64,000 nt of DNA, from NCBI GenBank assembly GCA_951406725.2, contig OX597814.1, positions 100,998,001-101,062,000 on the forward strand. The letters are read 5' to 3'. Each line of letters starts with the position of its first letter. Position 1 is the stretch's first letter. Made by a program: the position numbers and the translations under genes. The notes beneath the pieces were generated by a model. That model worked only from the letters and a program-made list of their open reading frames with translations. It was not told the origin of the DNA and did not search any database. The DNA is from Octopus vulgaris. Taxonomy: Eukaryota. Of this stretch, positions 29,010 through 41,709 are shown piece by piece.

Positions 29010-29810
29010 GTCGAAGGGACTCTCAGATTTTCAGGTGAACAATAATTATACTGGCACGTCAATACACAGGGAGAGGAAAGCATAGCAGGATCCTCTGGTG
29101 ATCTTCATTACATTGGTGTGGTTACCCAGACCATCAGAGAGACGCGGAAAGGAAGCAGGATTTGGCTGTGATGTGGATGGATCTAACTGATGCCTACAGT
29201 TCGATACCATACAAACTGGTTGAAACTGCACTAGAGGGACAGCATGAACGCCAAAAAGGAAAATAAAATTTTACTACATCGAGTGCAGATTAAAGGTTTA
29301 ATTTGAGTAGTTAACATCTTACCAGCATCAACTAAAATAGGAATAATCGCCGAGTGCACCATGTTCCTCTTCGTGAGGGCATCAACACGTTGGTGAAGTC
29401 AGTAGAGCAGTGCTAGGGTACCCTGACAGGTGTAAATTTTCAAGTATGACCTTATAGTGAAAATAATAATGCATGGAGCAACTTAATTCTCCAGGAACTA
29501 AAGAACTTTATGTCATGGTCTGAAGCCCGTGAATTCCTTGTGTATGATTGTGAAGAAAGGAATAGTCACAAAGTTCATCTTTAGGGTAGAACATCAGAAC
29601 GTGTCTGTCCCGGAAAAATTAGCAAAGAATCTCAAGAATTTTTTTCAAATAAAATCTGAACGACGCCGACTCAATCAAGACGACCAAAACTGTTCTGGAG
29701 GTCTGGTTCAAAGATGCAGATAGCTGGGATTCACTAACATTGAAGTAGTAGGTATTCGAACATGGGATTATTCCAAGAAACCTCAAGCATAGGCTCATAT
29801 AGGAAGTCCT
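29010..29810 (+). pseudogene. Hero/NeSL-type (RLE) non-LTR reverse transcriptase remnant
   Basis: From 29159 DLAVMWMDLTDAYSSIPYKLVETAL (compare DLAVLWLDLANAYGSIPH), upstream GVVTQTIRE, downstream GIIAECT and HGIIPR; many stops and frameshifts. Confidence 0.75.
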
Positions 29811-30417
29811 ATATATTCCAAATGGATCATAATGGAATCCTTGTATTGTCTTTTTATGTGTTGTAATTTCAATTTTGTTTGTGAAATGAAACAATTGCAG
29901 GTAAATATGTTAATTAATTAAATAAATTAATTTGTATCTATTAGATCTCTCCGTTTTCGAACTCGATAATAATTTTTGATATTTTACGTTATTTTATATA
30001 ATATCTCTTCAATATATAATATATTAAACCAGTGTATCATGGATAAAAATATCCCTAAAAGAAGTTTAAATATCCTCATTGTGACTATGTGTATATATAT
30101 GTATGTATACAGCGCATTCCACTCTCCTTCTCTCTTTGTCTCTCTCTCCCTCTCTCCCTCTCTCTCTCTCATACACACACACACTTTTATCTGAGAAAGG
30201 CTTTGTTTTCCATTTGCTCCTTTCCACCTTTGATTTTTAGAAGCTCATTTTGTTTCCCTTTGAGTCAAATGCCATTCCATCCTCATCCAGAGCACTACAT
30301 TGAAAATAACAATAGATGTTATACTGGACGGATATGACAACCGACAACTACGCTTGCACCAATGTAGGGTGTGATGGAAAGTTTTAACATACAGGTACAC
30401 ACTAAAAAACGTGTATA

Positions 30418-30748
30418 TATGGCTCAGTGGTTAGAGCGTCGAGCTTATGATCGGGAAGTTGTGAGCTCGAATCCCAGACTGGGCTGCGCGTTGTGTTCTT
30501 GAGCAAGACACTTTATTTCACGTTGCTCCAGTTCCCTCAGCTATAGAAATGAGTTGCGACGTCACAGGTGCCAAGCTGTATCGGCCATTGCCTTTCCCTT
30601 GGAAAACACTGGTGGCGTGGAGAGGGGAGGCCGGTATGCATGGGCAACTGCTGGTCTTCCATAAACAACCAACCTTGCCCGGACTTGTGCCTGGGAGGGT
30701 AATTTTCTAGGTGCAATCCCATGGTCAGTCATGAACGAAGGGGATCTC
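30418..30748 (+). mobile_element. SINE family C
   Basis: TGGCTCAGTGGTTAGAGCG..GAGCTCGAATCCC..GTTCTTGAGCAAGACACTTTATTTCACGTTGCTCCAG..GGTGCAATCCCATGGTC. Confidence 0.82.
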
Positions 30749-30761
30749 AGAGTGATATATA

Positions 30762-30895
30762 TAGGGAAAGTTTACGAAAAAGAAACAAAAGAGGAAGACA
30801 GGTGGTGTACAAAACAAAACAAACAGATATATTAGTATAACGCTCAGGAACAGAAAAAGTCTTTTACACAGAAAAAAAACAAGGAGAGAAACAAA
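30762..30895 (-). mobile_element. Copy of the 19731-type element with the hammerhead core deleted
   Basis: The reverse complement matches 19731-19890 on both sides (GTTTCTCTCCTTGTTTTT...CTGTGTA | AAAGACTTTTTCTGTTCCTGAGCGTTATACTAAT...CGTAAACTTTCCCT) but lacks TCTTTCTG...GAAACGTA. Confidence 0.7.
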
Positions 30896-31148
30896 TAGAG
30901 AAAAAAAATGTGTGTAGTGGCTAACGATCTATCATGGCGTATATATATACAGAGGAAGACAGAGAGTGTTATGTCGCACGTACTACAAAGTGGCTGTGTG
31001 AGCTACTCAATCCTCGTCACCACTGTTATGTCGCACGTTCGGATGACTTCTACTCAACTCGACTCCTACTCAACTCCTGACGTCTAGGCTTCTCCCTCTA
31101 TATCTAAGTATTGGGCTAGCCTACTTCATCGTCTGCGGGCGTCCACAC

Positions 31149-31192
<44 letters not shown>

Positions 31193-31622
31193 GAAGCAAA
31201 CGGATTGCTTATATGTTTATGTATTTTATTATATGTGCATATACCTACTGTACACAACCATATGTAGGGGAAGATTAAATGGGAGAGAGATAACAATATA
31301 TAAAGAAAGATAAACCACGATTTCGTTTCAATGCTTCGATGTATACGTTTCATGTACGCTTACATTTCAGTCAGTATCACAACAAAGCAGAAAGTTTAAA
31401 TCGACAGGCTGATAGGCAAACAAACTGGAAAGGTAAAATATTTACAAACACAAACACAGATACACATCCGCATAACTCTGCGAGTGTTTATGTGTGTATG
31501 TGTGAGTGTGTGCGTGTGTACAGAAAGAGAGAGAGACAGCCAGATAGTCAGATAGACAGATAGACAGACTGACAGACACAAACAGACTGACATAATATGC
31601 TTATATATATATACGTACGTAC

Positions 31623-31672
<50 letters not shown>

Positions 31673-31781
31673 GTATATATATATATACGTATATATATAT
31701 ATACGTATATATATATATACGTATATATATATATGTATATATATATACGTATATATATATATATATATATATACGTATATA

Positions 31782-31813
<32 letters not shown>

Positions 31814-31870
31814 AATATGTATATGTGTATGTATATGTATATATATGTGTGTGTATAAATATATATATAT

Positions 31871-31909
<39 letters not shown>

Positions 31910-32537
31910 ACGGGGAGAAACAAAGAGCGTATGTGTGACAAAGAGAGTGAGAACGATTTAGAGAGATAGTTTCATAGATACAGTATATTTGTGTGTCTGC
32001 ATGAATGCATGAATGTATGTATATAGAGGGGGGAGAGAGAAAAAAACAAAGAAAAGTGGTTCTACTAGATAAATAGATAGATAGATAGATAGAATAATGA
32101 AAAGAAGAAAATCGAAGAGCTATTAATTATTAAATACCTGTCATTTTAGAATGCAATTAATCTAAGTGAAATCAGTTTAGTTACGTTCCTGACTGAGAAT
32201 TCGTCAGCAACCGTAACATCGAATTTCTGCTTAAAGCTTTTTAATAAATAAACACTTTCCATTGTCTTCTGTTTTATCTCAGGAGATTTATTTCGAAATG
32301 AGTGAAATGAGAAATTAACTGCAAAGGTTAATTAAAGCTAATTGTAAATTAAGATCAAGAGTAGAGAGTGTTTGAGAGAGAATGAGAGAAACAAAAGAGT
32401 GAAAGAGTAACATACAAGAAATAAAGGAAAGATAACCAGACTGACAAACAGGAATCAGCGATGGATTTTTGAGAGGAGGGAAAAGATAATATGCATCAAA
32501 ACAGCCAGTATATTGTTGCTACTGTTCGTATTATTAT

Positions 32538-32623
<86 letters not shown>

Positions 32624-32626
<3 letters not shown>

Positions 32627-33151
32627 TAGTTTTATTTTATTATTAAAAAAAATTTTTTTTTTAGCGTGCTTTCACTTCACTACCGAGCGCAGCTCTGTGT
32701 GCCTTGGGTACGTGCTGTGATTTGTTGTGATGCTCTGATGGTTATTGTATGGAAAGTGTTCTGCGTAGGATGTGTGCAGTGCCTAGTAGTGCAATTTTCT
32801 GTATGTTATATGTGTTTGTAAGTCCTGGTGTTTTTGTTATGTATTTGTCTGAATTTTTTTTTTATCATGCCTAATGCACCCACTATGATAGGAATTGTTT
32901 CTGTTTTTAGATTCCACATTCTGGTTACCTCCATTTCTAGGTCTTTGTATTTTGAAAGTTTCTCCATTTCTTTTAGAGACACGTTGTCATCTGCCGGTAT
33001 TGATACATCAATTAGAAAGCATTTTTTTCCTTCATGATCTCTGACAACTATATCTGGTCTGTTGGCCTTAATTTCTCTATCTGTGTGTATCGGCATATCC
33101 CAGAGTATGGTTGCTTTCTCATTTTCTGTGACCTTTTCTGGTGTGTGCCTA

Positions 33152-33246
<95 letters not shown>

Positions 33247-34800
33247 CACTGAGTTCGACTTTGCCTTTCATCCTTACGGATATTGAAACTGTAAGTCACG
33301 ACCGGTATAGCTAAAGTATTGATCGCTCCTATCCTGTTTCTTGCATTCAGCTCTGTCTTGAGTATTGCCCTTACCCTACGATAACATTCTTTTCTGATCT
33401 TTTCCCTCATCATCGAATGTTTGATTCCATCACCTTCAAATATCCCTAGTTATTTGTAGCTCTCCGCTGGTTCTAACTCCTGTATGACTTTCTGTTGGTC
33501 ATTTTCCCTTTGATAAAGGTAGCTTGTTCACGTTTCTCGAAGCCAAATTACATCCTTGTGTGATCATTGAATCGTTTAACAATTACTCGTAAGCCCCGTA
33601 GTCGTTGGTCACTTTTTGCAAAGAGCTTTAAATCATTCATGTAAAAGACACGATTTATATTTTATCAAACATTTTATAACCGTATTTCACATCATCGAGC
33701 AATTTCGAGAGAGGTATTAAGGCTAGACAAAAGAGGAGTGGTGATAGAGAGTCACCCTGGAAATTCTTACATCTCCAGCATTGAGAGCTTCATTGTCACT
33801 GTTCAAAGTCAGTGTGGTTCTCCATGATGTCATACTTGCAAATAAGAAGTTCCAGACATTTTTAATCCAGCTATGTGGTAGACTATCAAAAGCATTTTTA
33901 TAGTCCATCAAGACTGTCGACAAGTTCTTGTGTTGTTTGTGACAATCTTCCAAGATCATCTTACATCCTTTTTTGCTCATTATATCCTTAAGTGCAAGGC
34001 GGATTTCGCCAATTACTTTCAGGTTTTGGTTAGAGTTACGAATTTTTGGGAGAGTGTTACGTTCCTTCATACTAGTTTCTTTAATTTTCAGCATTGGCTT
34101 TTTATATCACCCAGTTCAGTTGGATCAATTTCCGTGTGAATTTCTTCATCTATTTGATTTTCTTCTGCCTTGGGGCTTATGGCTGCTTCACAGAGTATTT
34201 CTCTTTTTATCAGTTACATTGACTCTTTCTATCATTACTGCATTTCCACCAGACCTGGGTCAGTCTGTAATTATTTCCTACCTTCTATAGTTGTAACTTC
34301 GTTCTTTTATCTCTAACTGATTGTTTAATTTGGCCAATCTCTAATTCAGTTAGTAATTTCTTTTTTAAAAAGTTTCTTCTGATGTTGGCACGTTTGTTAC
34401 TGTCTATGTAGGATCTTACTTCAAGGTGATTTTCTCCCCTGTTTAAGTAGGTTTGTTCAGTATTAGATTTATTTGTGAAGAAATACATGGCACGATAGGC
34501 CTTAAGAACTTCTTTATTGTCTCCCCTTGACCATTTTTCACTTTTTCTTTTGTTATTTGATGACGAGCGTGGTTAGCCATCTGTTAGAATATTACGGTTG
34601 TGGAATACTTACAGCTCCTGTGTTTCGGGAAGATTTGAACCAGTAGCTGACTTTTTGCATGCAGTCTGGTTCCTCATTGGGATGCGCGTCCCTTGTTGAA
34701 ACGGGTGGCGGAAGATCGGTGTGCATTTTGCTTTATTATCACTGAGGAATGACGAGCTTGGACGTTGACATTAAGGTATGACATTAAGGATATGTCTGCT
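32624..34800 (-). mobile_element. Dong/R4-like non-LTR retrotransposon, degraded and internally deleted, inserted in (AAT)n
   Basis: RLE domain RPDIVVRD..CFLIDVSIP..KEMEKLSKYKDL..IPIIVGALG (32806-33096); RT motifs MDYKNAFDSLPHSW, QGDSLSPLLFCLAL, YMNDLKLF; N-terminal KWSRGDNKE; 3' end abuts (ATT)n 32541-32623. Confidence 0.88.
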
Positions 34801-35459
34801 TAGCGTTAAACCTTCTGAAACAACACCACCTACTAGTTCTTCGATTGAAAACATTGTTCGTAACGTAGCTTCTTAAAGGTATCAGATCTGTATTCGTCTG
34901 GTTTTTTTTTTTTTGAAAGATTTATCTCTGAGTTAGTTTTTTTTTTGTGCTGTTTTTAAACTTATTAATTGTTAATTGCCTGTGTTAGTTCGTAGAAAAT
35001 TGTTTTGTTATCGTTTTACTTCGTTTGTGGACGTGCTTTCATATGCATGTATGTGTGTCCTGTAAATTTCACGTATTTGTGTAAACATTAGGATGTATGT
35101 GTAATCCTATGAGTATTAATATATATACGTGATTGTAGAGACATTCGAGTGCATGCGTAATTAATTAATTTACGTACTTACTGTTTTGTTCCACTTGTAT
35201 TTTATGATTTGTAAACTTTCCGATCTTGATTTCACACTTTTCTTTCACACATGTTTCACTAGGACATCGTACATGGGAGAAACTGTGCTTTATATAGCAA
35301 TAAAATTTCGTTTTTTTGTGATTACTTTCGTTAAACGGCCGCTTCCTTCAAGTCATCCATAGGTCCTTTTTTCCTATTCCACCGATGTTATTAGATTAGT
35401 TTTGTTTCGTACGGAGAGCCCGATGTAGCACTTCATGTTGTTATTCAGCGCGGAGCTAA

Positions 35460-35730
35460 TTTATTATTCAAACCCTAAAGAATCCATCTCATCACATGCG
35501 TATGATACTCCGCCACTAATTCTGCTCATGATCAGAGATGTACATATCGTTAGCCACCAAGGGACATACTCAAATTGTTATGGTGAAACAACGGACAAGC
35601 AACTCTGAGGTATTGAGCAGAATATTTGTTGTAGCCAATCTTTTAGAACATAACAAAAAATGTACATGTTAAAACTTCCAATCAGTTACGATCAAAAGCA
35701 ATGATAACCAGTGCCTGGTTCTGTATCATT
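35460..35730 (-). mobile_element. Inverted diverged copy of the 47500 repeat
   Basis: TCTGCTCATGATCAGAGATGTACATATCG, GGTATTGAGCAGAATATTTG and CTTCCAATCAGTTA match the reverse complement of blocks in 47500-47770. Confidence 0.65.
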
Positions 35731-36514
35731 GTTACCTTGATGGTCAGGTGCGATCGCCGTTTGTCAGAATCACTTTCCCACTACTCATCTCTTTGATAGG
35801 GCTGTAATCCTGGATGAAGCATAAGCCGTTGAAGTATCCTGGCACCTAGAGTGTCATTAAAAGCTCCCAGCCCAATGCCAGTCGACTAATGTAATCAGTG
35901 ATGAGTAAGAGCGACGACGCATTTGGGGAGATCCAAGGCATCGCTGAAAATGAACTAACTAATCTAATCCGGAGAACTGTCGAGTCGAAGCCAATGCATA
36001 ATTTCCAACAATCTCTGGACTGGCAGTGCTGCTGGACAGCACAATCAATATGAAATAAGCTCTAAATGTAAGGAAGTGGTCATTCGACTGAAGATTTTTC
36101 ATGGTTGCAGTCTAATGACTGATACAAGAGAAAACAAAAGAGGAAAAAGTACATCCTACCTCATTTATTAGTGAATTATTCATCACTGATCCGGTTAACA
36201 CGTTATGCTCACTTCTGATCCGTATTACACTTATCACAAATATATTTGCTATGACATGGGACAGTGATCGGTCAAAGATTCTGCTTAGACTATAAAAGCC
36301 ATCCACACTGCTCAGCACACCTTGTAGATTCGGAACGAAACCTAATTACCTCATATGCTTTATTATTTTTCCTCATATAATTCCTTTAACATGTTGCTTT
36401 AAAAAGAAAACCCATAAAAAAAAACAAGGATAGGTATGTTGTGGGTGTTATTATCAACTGGGCTTTGTACATAACACAGAACATAATTAACTTTCTTTTG
36501 ACGTGGTGACAATA

Positions 36515-36705
36515 TACAAGGGAGTGCTGAAAAGTTCCTGTCTTTGGGTCAAAGAAAATACAAGACGATAAATTATGAGTTTATTCAACATATTCCCTTC
36601 TCAGACCCACACAAATATCGCAGCAGTCCTTCAGTTTTTCTAAGCCCTATGAAGGAACTCGGAAGGTTAGGCCTCCAACAAGGCCTTTCGCAATACTCTT
36701 AAAGC
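36515..36705 (+). mobile_element. Mariner-type MITE, left part
   Basis: TACAAGGGAGTGCTGAAAAGTTCCTG terminus; body homologous to 17620-17780. Confidence 0.65.
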
Positions 36706-38608
36706 TAAGATTTGAAATGCGCCCTTACCATTGAATCTCAGTTAATTATCCGTTATGAATATATCGCTTAATGAGGGCAGTTGTTTGGTAAAATCGTTAG
36801 AGCATGAAACGCCGCCGAGAGCTCTGACTTGCGCCGCTCCGGTTCGATAAAGATGTACCAGTCATGTACGTGGTTCGATATAATCGTTTGTTCACTTCTA
36901 CCGAAGTTCAAGCCTTGCGTCTATGCTAGAAGCAATATATCGATTTGTCCTGCCATCCGATGAGAGCTAATATCGACCATAAAATGTAAAAGAAATAAAT
37001 TGTATATTTTATTACTGTATTTGTTTTGGCGAGATATATAAAACGTGCACTCTTTGTCCTTGTGTTCAACTATGCATATGCCGAAATATAAACCTCACTA
37101 TATAATTCTCTCACCTCCTTCATTCGTTCTAAGATGTGTGAGTGTGTGTGTGTCTGTGTGTGTGTGTGTGTGTGTATGCGCGTGTGTGCGCGCCGCGGAG
37201 AAGTGGGAGTGGAAGCCAGGAATGAGGACAGAATTAGATGGCATGAGAACAAAGAAATTAAAATATGTTAATCGGCAAAGTTAAAAGTTTTCCCTAGAAA
37301 AAACTATTTAAAACATTCTACATATGTTCCTTGAATTTCAAATCGTAATTTATTGCATTAAAAGCAAAATCTTTGATATAAGTTGACATTATTTTCTTAG
37401 AATAGTATTTCGGAATTTAAAATATAATTTGGAATTTGACAGAAATCAAGCCACATAATTTACATTGATAAAATTTTTTTCTAAAGTAAAGAAAGAAAAA
37501 ATAATAATTCCCTTCTAAAAATACGTCATGCAGAGATTTTCAAAGATTTTCGGATTAAAAGATAACTAAATCATAAGCCAACTTAAGTAACTCACGTGGG
37601 CCAATGACATAAATTTAGATAAAAACATTATAACCTGACGTAGTGGCTGACGTAGTCAAAAATTCCTAGTCAGTTTTAAAATGTCTCCCCTATATTAAAA
37701 ATTCAGGTTAAAAATTGTAATAATTCCAAGAATTCTTTATAATTCATTTCACAGTAGAACAGGCATATCCATCGAAGAGAGTGTAAATGACGGCAAAGGG
37801 ACTTTGAAAAACACACAGATTCATTGATTAACAGAAAAATTCATCAAATAATCGACTGGTTAATTGGATAAGTAGATAGCCGATTGAGGAATATTAAAGG
37901 AGTGAAATAGAGCCAGCGCGTTTGTCAATTGCTTGCAAAATGGTTCTTCAGAGATACAACAAATTATGTTTCAACACATGAGTCCACATCAAGAATTTTG
38001 GAAAACAGATATAAAATCCAAATAATCTATATTCATACACATTCATAGGGGAGAATCTAATCCTTGTTCGCATTCAAAAGGATAGTTTATGAATATATTC
38101 CCAACTTACTGGACCTCATCAATACAGAATAATCTTCTAAGATTGCATTAATTAATTAACGATTGTGTTTGCACGCAGAAAAAAGTTACGACGTTGTTTG
38201 CGTCAGCGTAATTTGCATAATTAAAACAATAAAATAAAGTAAAAAAAAAAAACAAATAAAAGACGTCAACATAAGGAGCAGTCTAATGAATAACGTAGGC
38301 GAAAACTTTTCATTTGATTTGGATTTGTTTTCAAATTAATTAATAAACGATTAATACTGAATGATGATTGTTGCTGACTCTCAAAGAATGAAGGAGATGA
38401 CTTCATGGGAGTGCATATTCTGTGCGCCATTCCAAAATATTAAGTAAGACACTGTTACTAGACAGCAATGCTGCAACATCTGACGAATTGAAGTGTGTAT
38501 AGACAAAAACAAATGGACATACAACACAGAGTGCATATATATATATATATAAAAAGGAAATGAAGAAAATGCTGATATCACAACTCGTGTTCCACATCTC
38601 CCTTTTTT

Positions 38609-38643
<35 letters not shown>

Positions 38644-38644
<1 letters not shown>

Positions 38645-38914
38645 GAGGCGCAATGGCCTAGTGGTTAGGGCAGCGGACTCGCGGTTTCGATTCCCAGACC
38701 GGGCGTTGTGAGTGTTTATTGAGCGAAAACACCTTAAAGCTCCACGAGGCTCCGGCAGGGGGTGGTGATCCCTGCTGTACTCTTTCACCACTCTTTCTTC
38801 TGTTGGCCTGCTCGCTTAGCCAGTGGGGTGGCGTCATTCGAAGGCTAAAACAATGCGAACGTATTGTGACCAGCGATGTGTAACCACATCTGATGGACTG
38901 GTCGGTCACGTGAT

Positions 38915-38922
<8 letters not shown>
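38644..38922 (+). mobile_element. tRNA-derived SINE family D
   Basis: GGAGGCGCAATGGCCTAGTGGTTAGGGCAGCGGAC..GGTTTCGATTCCCAGACCGGGC head (anticodon arm shortened), unrelated body, tail CACGTGATCACGTGA then (TA)n. Confidence 0.75.
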
Positions 38923-38987
<65 letters not shown>

Positions 38988-39239
38988 CACATATACATGT
39001 ATATATACACACACACACACATACAGACATGTATACATGTATGTATGAATGCAGGACCGGCTTTTTCCACTGTCAAAGTCTATCACTTTTTCACTTAGCA
39101 TTAATCGGCCAGTGGTTATAGAACTTACTCCTGGTTAAAGTGATGAGCATTGGGACTGAACATGAACACACGTGATTGCGAAGCACAAGTGTGTGTGTGT
39201 GTGTGTGTTTGTGTGAATATATGTGATGTGTGTGTGTGC

Positions 39240-39272
<33 letters not shown>

Positions 39273-40969
39273 TGTATGTATGTATGTATGTATGTATGTA
39301 TGTATGTATGAGACTGAGAGGGACAGAGACAGGCCGAGCGCGCGTGCGTGTACATATCGACTTTCGTGGCAGCTTTCCGAAATCTGGAAAACAGAAACCT
39401 GTGGGGCATAGATATCACACACACATATTCACCATATTGTTGGAGACGATACCCAATAACAGAAACCAGTAAAAGATCTGATTTCTAACAGGCACAAGGC
39501 AACAAATTTGCGGCTGGTTTTAGTCGCTTAAATCGAATTTATCATTTGATTAGTGATATATTTACTTAAGCCGGAAATATGAAAAGCAACATTGATTTAT
39601 ACATTACATATACGTATGTGTGTCTGCGTATTTGTATGAGTGCGTTTGCAGAAGTATATATGTATATATTTGTGTGCATATATCCGCATGCAAATACGTT
39701 TATCTAAAATTGCCTTAGAGAAAGATCTTTAAGTGCCAAGAAAATTAAGCTTTATTATTTGCTTCACTCTTCATGCATCCAATTTTATTTCTTAGCTGGA
39801 AGACTGGTGAATAATTTACCATTAACTGTGTATTCAAGTGCATTTGATATTTGTATCAAATTGTTCATAGATCTATATAATAACTGTTATTTCGATCTCT
39901 TACTAAATGACACCCAGCTGTGCCATGGAATATTTTAGAACTTTGTTATTGTTGATTTGAATTGCCTTCTGTAATTACTTGATTTTGATGTGAGTACGCA
40001 GTAAATTATTTTCTATTGCTTTGTTCCAACTCAAACTTCAAATGTGGTTCAGTAATCGATGTATCAACAATTTCTCAGCAAAATTTCACTAATTTAAGCG
40101 TTGGTATCACTGCAAACTAAGTATTTTTGCAACTTGTATATAGTCCATGAATCGAAAGTTCACGGGAATGTATCAGATGGTTTTATTCAAAATTTCAGTA
40201 ACACCCCGAGATCATTTTGCGCTTAAAACTGTCACTATATGATTCCAAATATTTCAAGAGTATAAATTCAATTGATCATATTGCTCCGATTAACAGAGGA
40301 TATTCCAGATATCAGAGGCCTAATCTTTGTCTATACTTCTCTCAGAACACAAATGACGCAAAGACACCGTAGGAAGAGAATACGAGCTTCAGAAATGATG
40401 GTCGAATCTTCTCTCTACCAAGGCACTCCAAACCTCTGTAAATAGGTTGTTGAAAGTAGACGACCCTTTATGCAAGGCTCTTCTACAACGAAACAGAAAC
40501 GCAAACACTCTTACCTGATTAAAGCAGATACAAGTTACGGTGGTCATGCGGTAATACGAATACCCTATAAACGATCTTCATCTCTGCTCAGCCTTTACAG
40601 TATAACGTTCTCACAAATGATTTCTGCGTTAAAGTGCCTGGCCTTCTACGCACGTAACCTTGTCACAGTTGCCATTAGATCTGGCTCGAACCGCATTCTA
40701 AACATCTGAAATGATTAAATAAGAACGCCTCTGTTCTGCATGTTGACAAACACCACCAGATAGAGAAGTAAAACAGCATCGACTTTTCTTCATTCATGAG
40801 TGCTTCGGTCACCACCTCATTTTTCTACCCTGGAATCTCTTCTGCGTCCTGGCGTAAACATCAGTTGCCGAATGTAGACTTAATTTAACGCTTATCTTGT
40901 TTTCAAATGATCTAGTGATGCCAGTTTTAAAAGGAACATCTCTGCAGTTCATCGCATCAGATTTCTGCG

Positions 40970-41675
40970 CGCTCTACTATACTATAGAACAACTTAGGGC
41001 AACACGAGAAAGACGAATCTATCAACGGAACTCAATATCATTTCTAGTCACACATAATCCACATCATCAAAACATTTTAAACATCATCAAAACAAATTTG
41101 CCAATCATGAAACGAAGTGAAAAATTAAAAATAAAACATAAGTAATCAAATACTTATCTTAAGCAAAAGACAACCACACAAAGAAACTATCAACAAAGGC
41201 AAAATTCACCATGAACAAACAGGTTAAAACATTTACAGTATCCAAGTGTAATGATAACAAATGTGGAACGTGCCAATACATGCATACTGGTAAATCTATT
41301 AGAACAAAAAAAGAAAAAAAAAAAAAAAAAAAACGGACAGATTTTCAAAAATGCACATATGAACTGCAAAAGCAGAAATTTGATCTGTTTCATTAAATGC
41401 CCTAATTGCGAGGAATTATATATTGGCGAGACAAGGAATGAATTATTGGAATGCTCACGAGTCCACAGACAACAAATCCGGAACACTAATGTTCGTGAAA
41501 TTCCAATGAGCGAGCATATACATATATATGGTCAGAAAATGTTTTAAATTTTTCCTTTCATATACTACATGACACAAGTGAGGTTGGAAAGAAATATAAA
41601 AGAAAAATGCTTCATTAATATGTTCAGACCTGTTCTGAACGGAAATAACAGCAATAGTATAACAACTAGTTGATA
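40970..41675 (+). pseudogene. Penelope-like element remnant: RT C-terminus plus GIY-YIG endonuclease
   Basis: FLVTHNPHHQNI (thumb-like), KCNDNKCGTCQY (Cys linker), NCKSRNLICFIKCPNCEELYIGETR...HRQQIR, and C-terminal RLERNIKEKCFINMFRPVLN. Confidence 0.85.
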
Positions 41676-41709
41676 ATGTGGATAAAAAAATATCTTTAAC
41701 ATATGAATA

